Positions 18,654 through 28,173 of a stretch of DNA of 64,000 bases are shown here, in pieces (position 1 is the first letter of the stretch; the number at the start of each line of letters is the position of its first letter). The DNA is from Desulfatiglandales bacterium. Its GTDB lineage: Bacteria; Desulfobacterota; DSM-4660; Desulfatiglandales; Desulfatiglandaceae. The notes beneath the pieces were generated by a model that had not been told where the DNA came from, made no database searches, and saw only the letters and a program-made list of their open reading frames with translations. The position numbers and the translations under genes are program-made. The stretch covers positions 832,001 through 896,000 of the forward strand of contig OY762721.1 in the NCBI GenBank assembly GCA_963666345.1, in the 5' to 3' direction.

Positions 18654-20323
18654 TTGGACGAACATATCGTTATATACAGCGCTACCGACAAATCCTTGCC
18701 GTGCTGTTCAAATACGGCTTTGGAGATCTGGTAGATACCCTTCAGATCGAGCAGTATCTGGAGGTCGGTCTTCAGTTAATATCCCGTAAACGAAGGGAAA
18801 AGCTGGAAATATTTACGAGGGCTCAGAGGGTGAGGATGGCATTGGAAGAGCTTGGTCCCACCTTCATCAAGATGGGCCAGATCCTGTCCTCCCGGCCTGA
18901 CCTTCTGCCTGTAGAATTTATCCGGGAGCTGGAAAAACTCCAGGATCATGTTCCGTCTTTTGAGTATTCACAGGTAGAGAAGATAATTGAAACAGAGTTA
19001 GGAATTTCTCTTAACGATGCATTTAGGGACTTCAATGAGATCCCTTTGGCTTCGGCCTCCATCGGCCAGGTCCATAAAGCCAGACTTATTCAAGGCGATA
19101 ATGTGGTGGTGAAGATTCAACGGCCGGAGATCAAAAAAACAGTTGAAGTGGATCTGGAGATCATTCTGCACCTGGCCACACTCATGGAAAAGCATATAAA
19201 GGGCGCGGAAATCCATCAGCCGACTAAAATAGTGCAGGAATTCGCCCAGACACTGGAAAAGGAACTGGACTATACCATAGAGGCGAACCATATGGAACGA
19301 TTTGCCATGCAATTTCTCAAGGATTCCAGTGTGTATGTGCCGAAAACCTACCGGGAGTTCTCAACCAGCCGCATTCTCACTATGGAGTATATTGACGGTA
19401 TCAAAGCTTCAGAAACCGGATTACTTGAGAAGGCGAATCTTGACAGACACAAAATTGCATGTCGAGGTTTTGACCTGATCATGGAGCAGATATTTATCCA
19501 CGGATTTTTCCATGCCGACCCGCATCCCGGAAATATTTTTATTATGCCCAACAATATCATCTGCTATCTGGATTTTGGCATGATGGGCCGCATAGGCCGT
19601 GAGAGCAGGGAGCATTTTACCGACCTTATCATGAGCGCTGTCCGCCGCGATGAAGCGAAAGCCACAGAGGCCCTACTCAGATTCGCAATCGCTGATGAAA
19701 CACCTGACCAAAATGCATTGGAAAGGGACCTCGCCAATTTCATAGACCAGCACCTTTATGGACCTCTAAACAAACTGGACCTTGGCAAGCTGCTGTTCCA
19801 TCTTATGGAGATAATAGCACGGTATCGGCTGAAGATTCAGCCGGATATTTTTTTGATGATCAAAGCCCTCAGTACAGCGGAAGGGCTTGGCAGGATATTG
19901 GATCCCGAATTTGATGCAGTAAAACAGGCAACCCCGTTTATACGGCGCGTACAATCGGAAAGGCTGAATCCGAAACGGTTAGCAACAGATATCTATGATT
20001 CAGCGAGGAACTTACTGTATCTTATCAAGGATATTCCGGAAGAACTGCGTGAAATCTTGATGCAGGCCAGAAAGGGTAAGATAAAAATGGAGTTTCAGCA
20101 CCGAGGTCTGGAGCCGGTGCTGTCCACCCTTGACCGTGCCAGTAACAGGCTTGCCTTTGCCATTGTCCTGGCATCCCTGGTAATAGGTTCATCTCTTATT
20201 GTGTTATCAGACATTCCGCCCAAATGGAATGATATACCGATCATAGGCATTGTGGGTTTTCTGATTGCCGGAATAATGGGCTTCTGGCTTCTTGTGGCAA
20301 CCTTGAAACGTGGAAAAATGTAA
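18629..20323 (+). CDS. AarF/ABC1/UbiB family kinase
   Basis: LGPTFIKMGQ, ASASIGQVH, VKIQRP, HADPHPGN, DFG; two C-terminal TM helices. Confidence 0.93.
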   Translation: MHIRKIGMIGRTYRYIQRYRQILAVLFKYGFGDLVDTLQIEQYLEVGLQLISRKRREKLEIFTRAQRVRMALEELGPTFIKMGQILSSRPDLLPVEFIRELEKLQDHVPSFEYSQVEKIIETELGISLNDAFRDFNEIPLASASIGQVHKARLIQGDNVVVKIQRPEIKKTVEVDLEIILHLATLMEKHIKGAEIHQPTKIVQEFAQTLEKELDYTIEANHMERFAMQFLKDSSVYVPKTYREFSTSRILTMEYIDGIKASETGLLEKANLDRHKIACRGFDLIMEQIFIHGFFHADPHPGNIFIMPNNIICYLDFGMMGRIGRESREHFTDLIMSAVRRDEAKATEALLRFAIADETPDQNALERDLANFIDQHLYGPLNKLDLGKLLFHLMEIIARYRLKIQPDIFLMIKALSTAEGLGRILDPEFDAVKQATPFIRRVQSERLNPKRLATDIYDSARNLLYLIKDIPEELREILMQARKGKIKMEFQHRGLEPVLSTLDRASNRLAFAIVLASLVIGSSLIVLSDIPPKWNDIPIIGIVGFLIAGIMGFWLLVATLKRGKM

Positions 20324-20344
20324 TCAAATATATTTGCAGCTCTT

Positions 20345-20494
20345 TGAGTTTGACTGCCAAACCCGCCTTTGGCTTTTGGCAATATTCTTTGCCAATTCTT
20401 CCTTATTCATATTGAGATATCTGCCCGTTACTATTCTTCGCCTCACCTTTTCAATGATACCACTTACTCCAATGGAATAGGTTTAAGGCTGCAG
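20345..20494 (+). repeat. Repeat unit A (150 bp), copy 1
   Basis: Ungapped direct repeat of 21847-21996 (offset 1502) with a near-identical core. Confidence 0.92.
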
Positions 20495-20568
20495 TACCTC
20501 GTTTTAATTCCAAGCAATAATCAAAGACTTCAGCCTTTTAATGGGTGACCCCTTTTACACTTCTTATT

Positions 20569-21801
20569 TCAGCTGGCCTGGTTTTGGCAATCGATCTTCA
20601 TCACGAAGACGACACTTGCCAAAACCAGAGCACTTACGCCGACAAAGATCGGTATGTAGCCGAATGCCTTGAGCAGGAAGCCGGCCGAAATCGGGAAAAC
20701 GGTTGTGAGGATGTTTCCGGCTCCTGAAATGCCTGCATAGGTGGCACGATTGTCATCGGTGGATATCTCCAGCAGAATGCCTTCGATCGCGGTCTTGTAA
20801 GTTGCCATGAAGATCCCGGAAAAAATAAAAATGAAACCGTATAACTTCTGGGAACTTTGAAGCAACAACGCGCCCACGGGTATCGCAGCCGCCAGAGAAA
20901 TGCTTATCAACAGCAAATAGCGGTACTTAAACCGTCTGGAAAACCTGAGCAGGAAAAAACCGGCAGAAAGCATGCCGATGGTTTTGAGCAGCAGGAAATT
21001 ACCAATGAGCGAACCGGACAGTCCGAAGCTTTCTTTGGCCAGATAGATCAAAAACGGAAGCACGCTCAAGCCCAGACCCAGGCTGTTGATCAGGAGCAGA
21101 TAGTATTTCAGGTTTCTGTCGGATTTCACAGCAAGCGGTATCAAGGCCAAAAACTTCAGAAAACTGCTTTTTTGTCCTGCTTTGGTCGGCTTCTCATTCA
21201 GGCGCCAGAACCCCAATGAAGCTGTGAAAAGCAGCGTGCCCGCTAAAACAAACAAAAGTGAGTAGTTGTCGGGAAACTCCAGCAGAACAAGCAACTGCCG
21301 AACCACCACCGCTGAAATGAAAACTCCGATGCTGAATATGATCTGTTTTGCGGAAAGAAAAGCCTTTCGGACCGCTCCGTGGAGGGATTTCCCGACTATA
21401 TCCACATATGAAATATTGGCAAACGCGCCGCTGAAAGAAAACTGGGTGATAAAAACAAAGATGAGTATGATCAGGAGCCCATCAACGAGCAGGCCCGAGA
21501 AATAAAACAACACGGACAATGCGAAAAGCGCAACGATGCGGAGATTGATGCCCAAGAGCAGGAAGTTCTTTTTCCGAGGCCTATGGGAGATGAAGCCTGC
21601 GAAAACCAGTTGCAGAAAAGTGGAGCCGCCCAACATGATCGCAGTCATGAACCCAAGTTGGATCTCTCCGCCGCCTGCGTTGATAAGCATCGCCGGAATT
21701 ATCGTATCCACATCCATGAAGTTGGATGCCAGGGCCAGGAAGGTCGCATGCCACAACAAAGCAAAGAAGTTGGTCGAGGGTCTGTCTTCCGGTGCTGTCA
21801 T
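20569..21801 (-). CDS. MFS transporter
   Basis: About 12 hydrophobic helices in MFS-like organisation. Confidence 0.82.
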   Translation of the reverse strand: MTAPEDRPSTNFFALLWHATFLALASNFMDVDTIIPAMLINAGGGEIQLGFMTAIMLGGSTFLQLVFAGFISHRPRKKNFLLLGINLRIVALFALSVLFYFSGLLVDGLLIILIFVFITQFSFSGAFANISYVDIVGKSLHGAVRKAFLSAKQIIFSIGVFISAVVVRQLLVLLEFPDNYSLLFVLAGTLLFTASLGFWRLNEKPTKAGQKSSFLKFLALIPLAVKSDRNLKYYLLLINSLGLGLSVLPFLIYLAKESFGLSGSLIGNFLLLKTIGMLSAGFFLLRFSRRFKYRYLLLISISLAAAIPVGALLLQSSQKLYGFIFIFSGIFMATYKTAIEGILLEISTDDNRATYAGISGAGNILTTVFPISAGFLLKAFGYIPIFVGVSALVLASVVFVMKIDCQNQAS

Positions 21802-21846
21802 AGATCACCAATGGCTAAGAAAGAATTTTGAGCACCTACCAGGCCG

Positions 21847-22042
21847 TGAGTTTGACGGGAAGGTCCGCCCTTGGCTTTTGCCAATATTCTTTGCCAATTC
21901 TTCCTTATTCATATTGAGATATCTGCCCGTTACTATTCTTCGCCTCACCTTTTCAATGATGCCACTTACTGCACTTTAGTGGGTTTAAGGCTGCAGCGAC
22001 TTATATTGACTTCGAACAATGGTCAACAGCAGGCTTGACCCC
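21847..22042 (+). mobile_element. Composite A+B element (about 196 bp), MITE-like, ends TTGACCCC
   Basis: Contains both unit A and unit B; the minus strand reads SAVSGIIEKVRRRIVTGRYLNMNKEELAKNIGKSQGRT, like a transposase C-terminus. Confidence 0.65.
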
Positions 22043-22048
22043 TTGCAA

Positions 22049-22714
22049 CTATTGATTACGTTTGAATAGCCGTGGATTGCCTTTAATGAATGCCTGAATC
22101 CACCGTTCAAGAAATGATTGGTCTCTGGCAGTTTTGACGTAGCCGTACCCAAGCACGCTGATTGCCAAAGCTCCAAGAGTATCGACTATTAAGTCCCACA
22201 TTGTGTCGGTCAACCCGGAAGGATCACCGAGCATTTCTTTTTGCATGTTCATGCTGAAAAAGCTATCCATACTAAATTCAAGAACTTCCCACAGGGCGCC
22301 TATTCCAACAGCAAACAAGAAGGCAAAAAATGCAACGAAGCCCGGTTTCATGTGCAGTTCAATGTCTTCAGTTTCGTTTAATACATGTACCAATAGAAAA
22401 CCAACAATCCCGAGTAAAAATCCGGAGCTGGAGTGAAGAGCAATGTCCCACCACCAGAAACGTGTATAGTATCCACGCATTTCACCCAGGAACAGCGATG
22501 CAAAAACAAATGCAATCGAAAGCAGTAAAAACACGGGAGGAATATAGACGTGAAAGAGCTTTCCGAGAAAGAAGGGGCCAAGCGTTACTATAATTATCCC
22601 GGTGGTGGTCACAGCTGCAAGCCACTGATGCTCCCACACGGCAACTCCTACCTCAACAACCAGTATTGCCTGGAGAACAAAGGTCAATCGGCGATGCATC
22701 AAAAATTGTCGCAT
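22049..22714 (-). CDS. Integral membrane protein (DUF2238-like), copy 1
   Basis: YYTRFWWWDIALH, GALWEVLEF, GLTDTMWDLIVD; several TM helices. Confidence 0.8.
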   Translation of the reverse strand: MRQFLMHRRLTFVLQAILVVEVGVAVWEHQWLAAVTTTGIIIVTLGPFFLGKLFHVYIPPVFLLLSIAFVFASLFLGEMRGYYTRFWWWDIALHSSSGFLLGIVGFLLVHVLNETEDIELHMKPGFVAFFAFLFAVGIGALWEVLEFSMDSFFSMNMQKEMLGDPSGLTDTMWDLIVDTLGALAISVLGYGYVKTARDQSFLERWIQAFIKGNPRLFKRNQ

Positions 22715-22825
22715 TTAGACTCCAACCGTTATCGGCCTGCATGAAATTAAAGATCTTGGTTGCTTCCTTGACATCATCATTTAAAAGTCACCCACTGATT
22801 TCAAAGGCTTCATGCCGGAACGTAA

Positions 22826-22924
22826 GATGTTGCCTTCTGTGTCGTTGAAGCACATCGGCGCCTGAGTTTATGTCTATTACGAGGCTCAATACTTAGCCTG
22901 CACTTTCCCCTGTCAATGCTTCGC
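22826..22924 (-). ncRNA. Group II intron domain I fragment (remnant)
   Basis: Minus strand GCGAAGCATTGACAGGGGAAAGTGCAGGCTAAGTATTGAGCCTCGTAA...GGCGCCGATG...GAAGGCAACA matches remembered bacterial group II intron 5' regions; no RT ORF or domain V nearby. Confidence 0.7.
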
Positions 22925-22971
22925 TAAACCGGTAAAGGGCAGTGTGCTATGTGCGGGTTGGTGTATAGCCG

Positions 22972-24219
22972 CTATCGTGCCTGACTTTCAAACTTCGTTC
23001 TTGATCGGCCTTGCTTGACCCGGGTTTTTCCCTGGGCATATCCCGCAATTCCTATCAAAAATCGCACCAAACCGTAACAAAGCCAACTCGCCAGCCGCAG
23101 CCTTTTTGTCTGCGCTCTCCAGTTGTTTTTAAATACCTGTCGAGCTCCCATCTTGACGGCCTGCTCCACGCTGTATTTCAATTTTTTGGCAAAATTTGCA
23201 TCGTCAATGATGACATTTGCCTCAAGAGAAAGCAGAAGGCTGAAAGGGTCAAGGTTTGAGGATCCCACCGTGGCCCAATGTTCATCAATCACTGCAACTT
23301 TGGCATGCAGCATGCTCTTGTGGTATTCATGGATCTCAATCCCAGCATCGAGAAAACTGCCGTACAGGGCATGCGAGGCATAATGCAGCAATGGGTGATC
23401 TATCTTTCCCTGCAACAGTAAAACCACCCGGACACCGCGTACGGCTGCATTCACAAGCGCATGACGAAAATTCAACCCGGGAAAAAAGTAGGCGCTTGCA
23501 AGAATGATTTCGAATTGAGCCTGATCCATCGCCTGAAGATAGGCATTTTCGATATCGCGGCGATGGCAGATGTTGTCCCTCAGCAAAAAAGCGGCGCGCA
23601 TATTGCCCTTGGGTTTGATGGAAAGCACGTGTCTCTCTTTTCCCAAAACTAAGCCGGATCGCCATCGGGTCCACGCCACCCGCGACCACACCCTGCGGGC
23701 AGAACGATTAATTTCCGCCACCAGAGGCCCTTCAACCTGTACCGCATAGTCATACCGAATCGATTGTTGGCCGGAAATATCACTGTCATCGATAACATTA
23801 ATGCCGCCCACAAATGCGACCTTCAAGTCCACAACCACGATTTTCCGGTGCAAGCGACGCAACCGCCGGCGTCGTAGAGTCCAAGGCGATATCTTGGGCC
23901 GGAACTTCAGCACCATTACGCCGGCCGCTTCAAGGTAATCGATCATGGTTTTCGGAAAACGATTCGATCCGAAGCCATCGATCAGCATGTGGGTTTTTAC
24001 GCCGCGAAAAGCTGCCCGTCTAAGCGCTTCTACAATACGCTTTCCGGTATTGTCATTTTCGAAAATATAGCTTTCCAGGTAAATTTCGTGCATCGCCCGG
24101 TCCAGCGCCGCTTCCATTGCTGGAAAATATGCTTCACCGTTTTGCAAAAGGGCGATCTGATTGTCTGGGATCATTCGAGTCACAGCACGGTTCCCCTTAA
24201 TCATTAACACTACACTCAT
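22972..24219 (-). CDS. clsB: Cardiolipin synthase B (PLD family)
   Basis: Two HKD motifs (LHRKIVVVD, LHAKVAVID), GSSNLDPFSL, no N-terminal TM. Confidence 0.88.
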   Translation of the reverse strand: MSVVLMIKGNRAVTRMIPDNQIALLQNGEAYFPAMEAALDRAMHEIYLESYIFENDNTGKRIVEALRRAAFRGVKTHMLIDGFGSNRFPKTMIDYLEAAGVMVLKFRPKISPWTLRRRRLRRLHRKIVVVDLKVAFVGGINVIDDSDISGQQSIRYDYAVQVEGPLVAEINRSARRVWSRVAWTRWRSGLVLGKERHVLSIKPKGNMRAAFLLRDNICHRRDIENAYLQAMDQAQFEIILASAYFFPGLNFRHALVNAAVRGVRVVLLLQGKIDHPLLHYASHALYGSFLDAGIEIHEYHKSMLHAKVAVIDEHWATVGSSNLDPFSLLLSLEANVIIDDANFAKKLKYSVEQAVKMGARQVFKNNWRAQTKRLRLASWLCYGLVRFLIGIAGYAQGKTRVKQGRSRTKFESQAR

Positions 24220-24394
24220 AATACTGAAATATTGAAGGATTCAAGCAGACCAAAGATTAGTCTATAGAAATCAAGATGATTCAGAATTGAACCATGCTTA
24301 CCATATTTAATAGTAGTGCAGTTTAAAGGAAAATTTCAAGCAAGATTCCGACAATCGGCTGTTATTGTTGTTGGAATCATTGATGGCATAATGT

Positions 24395-24458
24395 GGACGC
24401 CCCTTAAGTTATAAAATTCATATAAGGTTTCAAACGAAACTTAATTTTAGGGGCGTCC
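24395..24458. repeat. Short inverted-repeat element
   Basis: Perfect 10-bp IR GGACGCCCCT / AGGGGCGTCC around an AT-rich core. Confidence 0.6.
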
Positions 24459-24601
24459 CGGAAATCCTCTCTCAGGGGTGGGAGAAGGAAGTTTTAGAGA
24501 TACGGTGAGAACAATCGAAAAAACCTGTTTCTCATTTTAACCGCGGTATTTCCTGATAAAAGACCCAACCGATTGGCAACTGGGCATCTTGCCGGGAAGG
24601 C

Positions 24602-25351
24602 TTACGTTTTCACCTTAATATCGGCAATAACCGGTAGATGATCGCTGGCAACTTTGGAGACCCGGAGACGACATCGCCGACCGCCCACGATTTCCAACGC
24701 ACCCCGGCAGAATATTTTATCCAAGCCGCCGCTTGGTGAAAAGGAAGGATAGGTAAGAAAGGATTTCTGATACCCCCAGCCTTGGTTGGTGGCGCATTCA
24801 AATTCCAATATCTCGGTAAAGATGGGCGCCAGGCGCGTCTGCCAGTCATTCAGGTCACCACCTACCAGGCAGGAATCCTGCAAGCCAAGGGCACGGAACT
24901 CGTCGGAACGCACCAGCATGCCGATTTGGCGAGGCCTTTCCTTAAAAGACAACCCAAGATGAAGATTAAAGACCGCGATTTCCGTATGCCCCATATTTTT
25001 TGCCGGCAGCACGATGTCGGTATACAAACAACCCCGGGCCTTACCGGATTCAATGGTTAAATCGATATTCCGTTCGTTAACAATGGGATAGCGGCTCAAG
25101 GTAGCGTTCCCGTACATCCCCTCGCGCAGCTTCACATTAAGCCCCACCGCATGATGTGGATACCCGAGACGGTCTGCCAATTCCTGGGCCAGGTTCAACC
25201 CCCGGGAGCGGGGCACCCCTACATCCACTTCCTGCAGCAGGACGATATCGGCATCATGGTGTGCCAGTATCGTGGCAATGCGTTGCGGACGGAAACAGCG
25301 GTCAAGCCCGATGGCCCGGTGGATATTATATGATAGAACACGTAGATTCAT
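24602..25351 (-). CDS. Endonuclease/exonuclease/phosphatase family protein (YbhP-like)
   Basis: SYNIH, LQEVD, GNATLS, GDLNDW, LDKIF, ASDHLP. Confidence 0.9.
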   Translation of the reverse strand: MNLRVLSYNIHRAIGLDRCFRPQRIATILAHHDADIVLLQEVDVGVPRSRGLNLAQELADRLGYPHHAVGLNVKLREGMYGNATLSRYPIVNERNIDLTIESGKARGCLYTDIVLPAKNMGHTEIAVFNLHLGLSFKERPRQIGMLVRSDEFRALGLQDSCLVGGDLNDWQTRLAPIFTEILEFECATNQGWGYQKSFLTYPSFSPSGGLDKIFCRGALEIVGGRRCRLRVSKVASDHLPVIADIKVKT

Positions 25352-25644
25352 GCTTCTCCCTTAAAAGTAAGGCGAAGAAAGTATTCCCCAGCACTTGATT
25401 CTTAATCTTAACTGTTTTGGACAAAATATGAGCTCGAAATATAGAGAGTAATTAACGATTTTACCATATCGAGACAACACAAGCTTAACAATGCTGTGTC
25501 AGTTTAACTTTTAACGGAATTTAAAAAAGATGTGGCATATTGAGAATCCGGAAATAATCCACCTCAAATAAAAATATTATACCAATATCATAGGATATGT
25601 CAAAGCGTGGTACCCTGTCATTACATGGGATAATGAGAGTTACG

Positions 25645-25920
25645 GGAGTCTCCTCCCGCAGAGCGGGAGGCTCCAGGCTATGACGTCTGGAAAGCCCCGT
25701 TGGGGCTTATTCAAGGTTAATCGTCAAGATCCAGCTGGTCTTTTTCAAGCAACTCTTGTTTACGGATGTACTTTCGTATGGTTCCTTCATCCAAACCAAC
25801 TGTGCTTACGCAATATCCTCGGGACCAGAAGTGGAGCCCTTTCACTCTCTTTACCTTCAACACTTCCCGATGGATTCGTACCGCACTTTTTCCTTTCAAA
25901 AAACCTATTGCAAACGCCGC
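25645..25920 (-). mobile_element. tnpA: IS200/IS605-family remnant: 5'-truncated tnpA (25717-25920) plus right-end hairpins
   Basis: GFLKGKSAVRIHR...FWSRGYCVSTVGLDE..IRKYIRKQE; hairpins at 25652-25670 and 25692-25708. Confidence 0.88.
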
Positions 25921-25921
25921 C

Positions 25922-26056
25922 TCATATAAGCTGCTTTGCGGTTTAGGATGCGATATCGCACAGGGCTATTTTATAAACCGGCCTGCTCCGGCGCCGGAGT
26001 TTGCTGAATGGTATAAAAAATCTGGTGGGATTTTTAAAACGGAGGATAGAAGCTGA
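25922..26056 (+). pseudogene. EAL-domain C-terminal remnant
   Basis: LLCGLGCDIAQGYFINRP; no start codon, abuts the IS200 fragment. Confidence 0.8.
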
Positions 26057-26093
26057 TCAAAATTTGTGAACAGGATAATGATCATGGAAGGCT

Positions 26094-26160
26094 ACATAAC
26101 GACATGATAACCACCCTGGCAAGCGCGTTAGCCGGATCTGGTTTATTATTGATGTTGGCT
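26094..26160 (-). mobile_element. Integron attC site (67 bp)
   Basis: Minus strand AGCCAAC(R'')...TAATAAACC(L'')...central hairpin...GGTTATCA(L')...GTTATGT(R'); overlaps the vapC stop. Confidence 0.75.
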
Positions 26161-26538
26161 TTTTTTAATTTTGGGGAAAAAGTTCACATTCGGTAGATTT
26201 TCAAAATCCGAATCCTGTGTCCAGATGACACATCCATAGGATTGAGCTGTGGATAAAATAATGCTGTCAGCCATAGGGAGACTATATTTTAGACTTATCC
26301 TTGAGGCATTTATGGCAATACTTGTATTGAGGTCTATTACCGATCCTTTCTGCATCGAAGCTACAACTTGTAAGGCTTCATTTTCACCGGTTTCACGTAA
26401 AACTACTTTAAACACTTCGTATATTGTAATTACAGGCACAATTAATGATGACGGATCTTTTAGAGGAACTTCGAATTTATCTGAATTTGGCCCTCCTGAA
26501 AAATATTCAAGCCATCCTGAAGAATCTACTACATTCAT
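26146..26538 (-). CDS. vapC: VapC-family PIN-domain toxin
   Basis: VVDSSGWLEYF, IYEVFK, MADSII, WTQDSDF. Confidence 0.92.
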   Translation of the reverse strand: MNVVDSSGWLEYFSGGPNSDKFEVPLKDPSSLIVPVITIYEVFKVVLRETGENEALQVVASMQKGSVIDLNTSIAINASRISLKYSLPMADSIILSTAQSYGCVIWTQDSDFENLPNVNFFPKIKKSQHQ

Positions 26539-26741
26539 AATCTGTCACCCTCGCGTATAAAATCTGTGTTGATCCCCTTAAGAAATCCCTTTAATTCACA
26601 AATATCTCTATCAGGTATCAGCTCTATTCGTCCATCATACTCTATGACCTTCATTTTTTGGCCAGGGCGAAGCTGTAAAGCATCTCTTATATTTTTGGGT
26701 ATGACAACTTGATATTTAGGTGAAACTGTAACTGTATACAT
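26535..26741 (-). CDS. vapB: AbrB/MazE/SpoVT-type antitoxin
   Basis: VTVSPKYQVVIPK.IR..L.LRPG; 4-nt overlap with vapC. Confidence 0.9.
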   Translation of the reverse strand: MYTVTVSPKYQVVIPKNIRDALQLRPGQKMKVIEYDGRIELIPDRDICELKGFLKGINTDFIREGDRL

Positions 26742-26767
26742 GACGGCCTCCCTATCGATACTAGATC

Positions 26768-26803
26768 GGTATTACAATACCATTATCGACACCATATTGT
26801 CAA
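26768..26803 (-). promoter_or_regulatory. vapBC promoter and operator palindrome
   Basis: TTGACA-18-TATTGT; palindrome GGTATTacAATACC at 26768-26781. Confidence 0.6.
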
Positions 26804-26939
26804 TATGCAAGCCAACAAAAACCCACCAGCGCTCGGAAAAAATTGAGGGGGGAGTGAAAGATGCGACAAAGGTTGTTACCGGGGAATGTCTAAATAAATT
26901 ATGAGGATAGATAGTATTTTGGTAATTTTTTGTCGCATG

Positions 26940-27610
26940 ACTGTTTTCTAACCACATGGCCTTTCCATGATGTCAGCGCCATGCTGGGATTATCCGCATC
27001 GGCCCGTTCCATGATGATTTCCGCTGCGGTTCGCTGGGTGACGGCATAAAGTAATTTGTTCTGGGTTTCGGCAAAAAAACATCTGTGTCGCCTTATCGGT
27101 TTTGTCGTAATCACTGCTTAATGCGAATAGATCACGAACCTTCTGATAAAAGCGTTTTTTAGACGCCCGGATTTCCCGAATGCGCTCCAGCAGTTCATCA
27201 AAATAATCGGGCCTGCCGTCCGGATTTTTCAGGCGTTCGTCATCCATGACAAAACCTTTGACCATATACTCTTTCAGGTGGTGGTTGGCCCAGATCCTGA
27301 ATTGGGTACCCCGTTTGCTTCGCACCCGGAAGCCGATAGCCAGAATCATATCCAAAGCATAGAAGGCAACATCGTATTCCTTGCTGTCAGAGGCAGTTGT
27401 AAAGAAATTCTTTACAACTGAATTTTCTTCCAATTCCTTTTCTTTCAGGATGTTAGCTATATGTTGCCCAATATTTTGCTTGGAGGTGTCAAAAAGTCTC
27501 GCCAGCTGATTTTGGCTCACCCATACCATGCCGTCTTTGGCATAGAGGGACACGGACGCTTTGCCGTCAGCGGTGTTATAGATGATAATATCTTGTCTAT
27601 CATTGTCCAT
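26940..27610 (-). pseudogene. rhuM: RhuM-family protein, frameshifted and 3'-truncated
   Basis: GFRVRSKRGTQFRIWA, KGFVMDDERLK, DYFDELLERIREIRAS; +1 in the T7 run at 27073-27079; the other frame continues FAETQNKLLYAVT...WKGHVVRK and then similarity stops. Confidence 0.88.
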
Positions 27611-27612
27611 GA

Positions 27613-27705
27613 TCAATCCTCCGGCACCCTTTTTTCCGGTTCCATAGAGCCGGCTTTCAGTGCCAGGATATCGGCTTTAATTTCCGCTAAGGAGTGCAAC
27701 TGTTT
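27613..27705 (-). pseudogene. hsdM: Type I RM methyltransferase (HsdM) C-terminal remnant
   Basis: LHSLAEIKADILALKAG...EKRV resembles the HsdM tail; directly upstream of rhuM, its usual neighbour. Confidence 0.55.
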
Positions 27706-27877
27706 CTACCCGCGTTTCTACCTTTCTTTTCTCCACAACCTTTGGAAATCCAAATTCCACCCACAGACCTGAGTGCTCATAACGCAACTTCGGCTTCGGA
27801 ACATTCTATCAATAATGGAACATAGGTGTATAATATTTTGAATAATTGTGGGATAATTCAAGTTTCAGAAACTGAAT

Positions 27878-28173
27878 CCGCAACGAACCTATAATCCCCT
27901 TTTCGGCATCAAAAATGGCGATATAGGCCATATTTTTGACCCTTTTCAGACTTCTTTCTTATTTATTTCATGGATTTATCGCGGCCCTGCCCCAAATTCC
28001 GTCCTCTCAATCGTAGACTTAAACCTTTTTTTGTGGCCAACAGCGGTGGTTCCCCGCAACAACCTATAATGCCCTTTTCGGCATCAAAAATGGCGATATA
28101 GGCTTTATTTTTAACCTTTTTCAGACTTCTTTCTATGTTATTTCATGGAGTTATCGCGGCCCGACCCCAAATT
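27878..28173 (+). repeat. Two ~120-bp direct repeats (27878-27998, 28054-28173)
   Basis: Shared CCGCAAC..AACCTATAAT..TTTTCGGCATCAAAAATGGCGATATAGGC...TTATCGCGGCCC(TG/GA)CCCCAAATT. Confidence 0.9.

Noticed and set aside
25766..26056. 96-aa ORF as a real gene
   Set aside because: Chimera of antisense IS200 sequence and an EAL tail
27878..28173. CRISPR array
   Set aside because: Only two ~120-bp units and no cas genes; no CRISPR-like array was seen anywhere in the window
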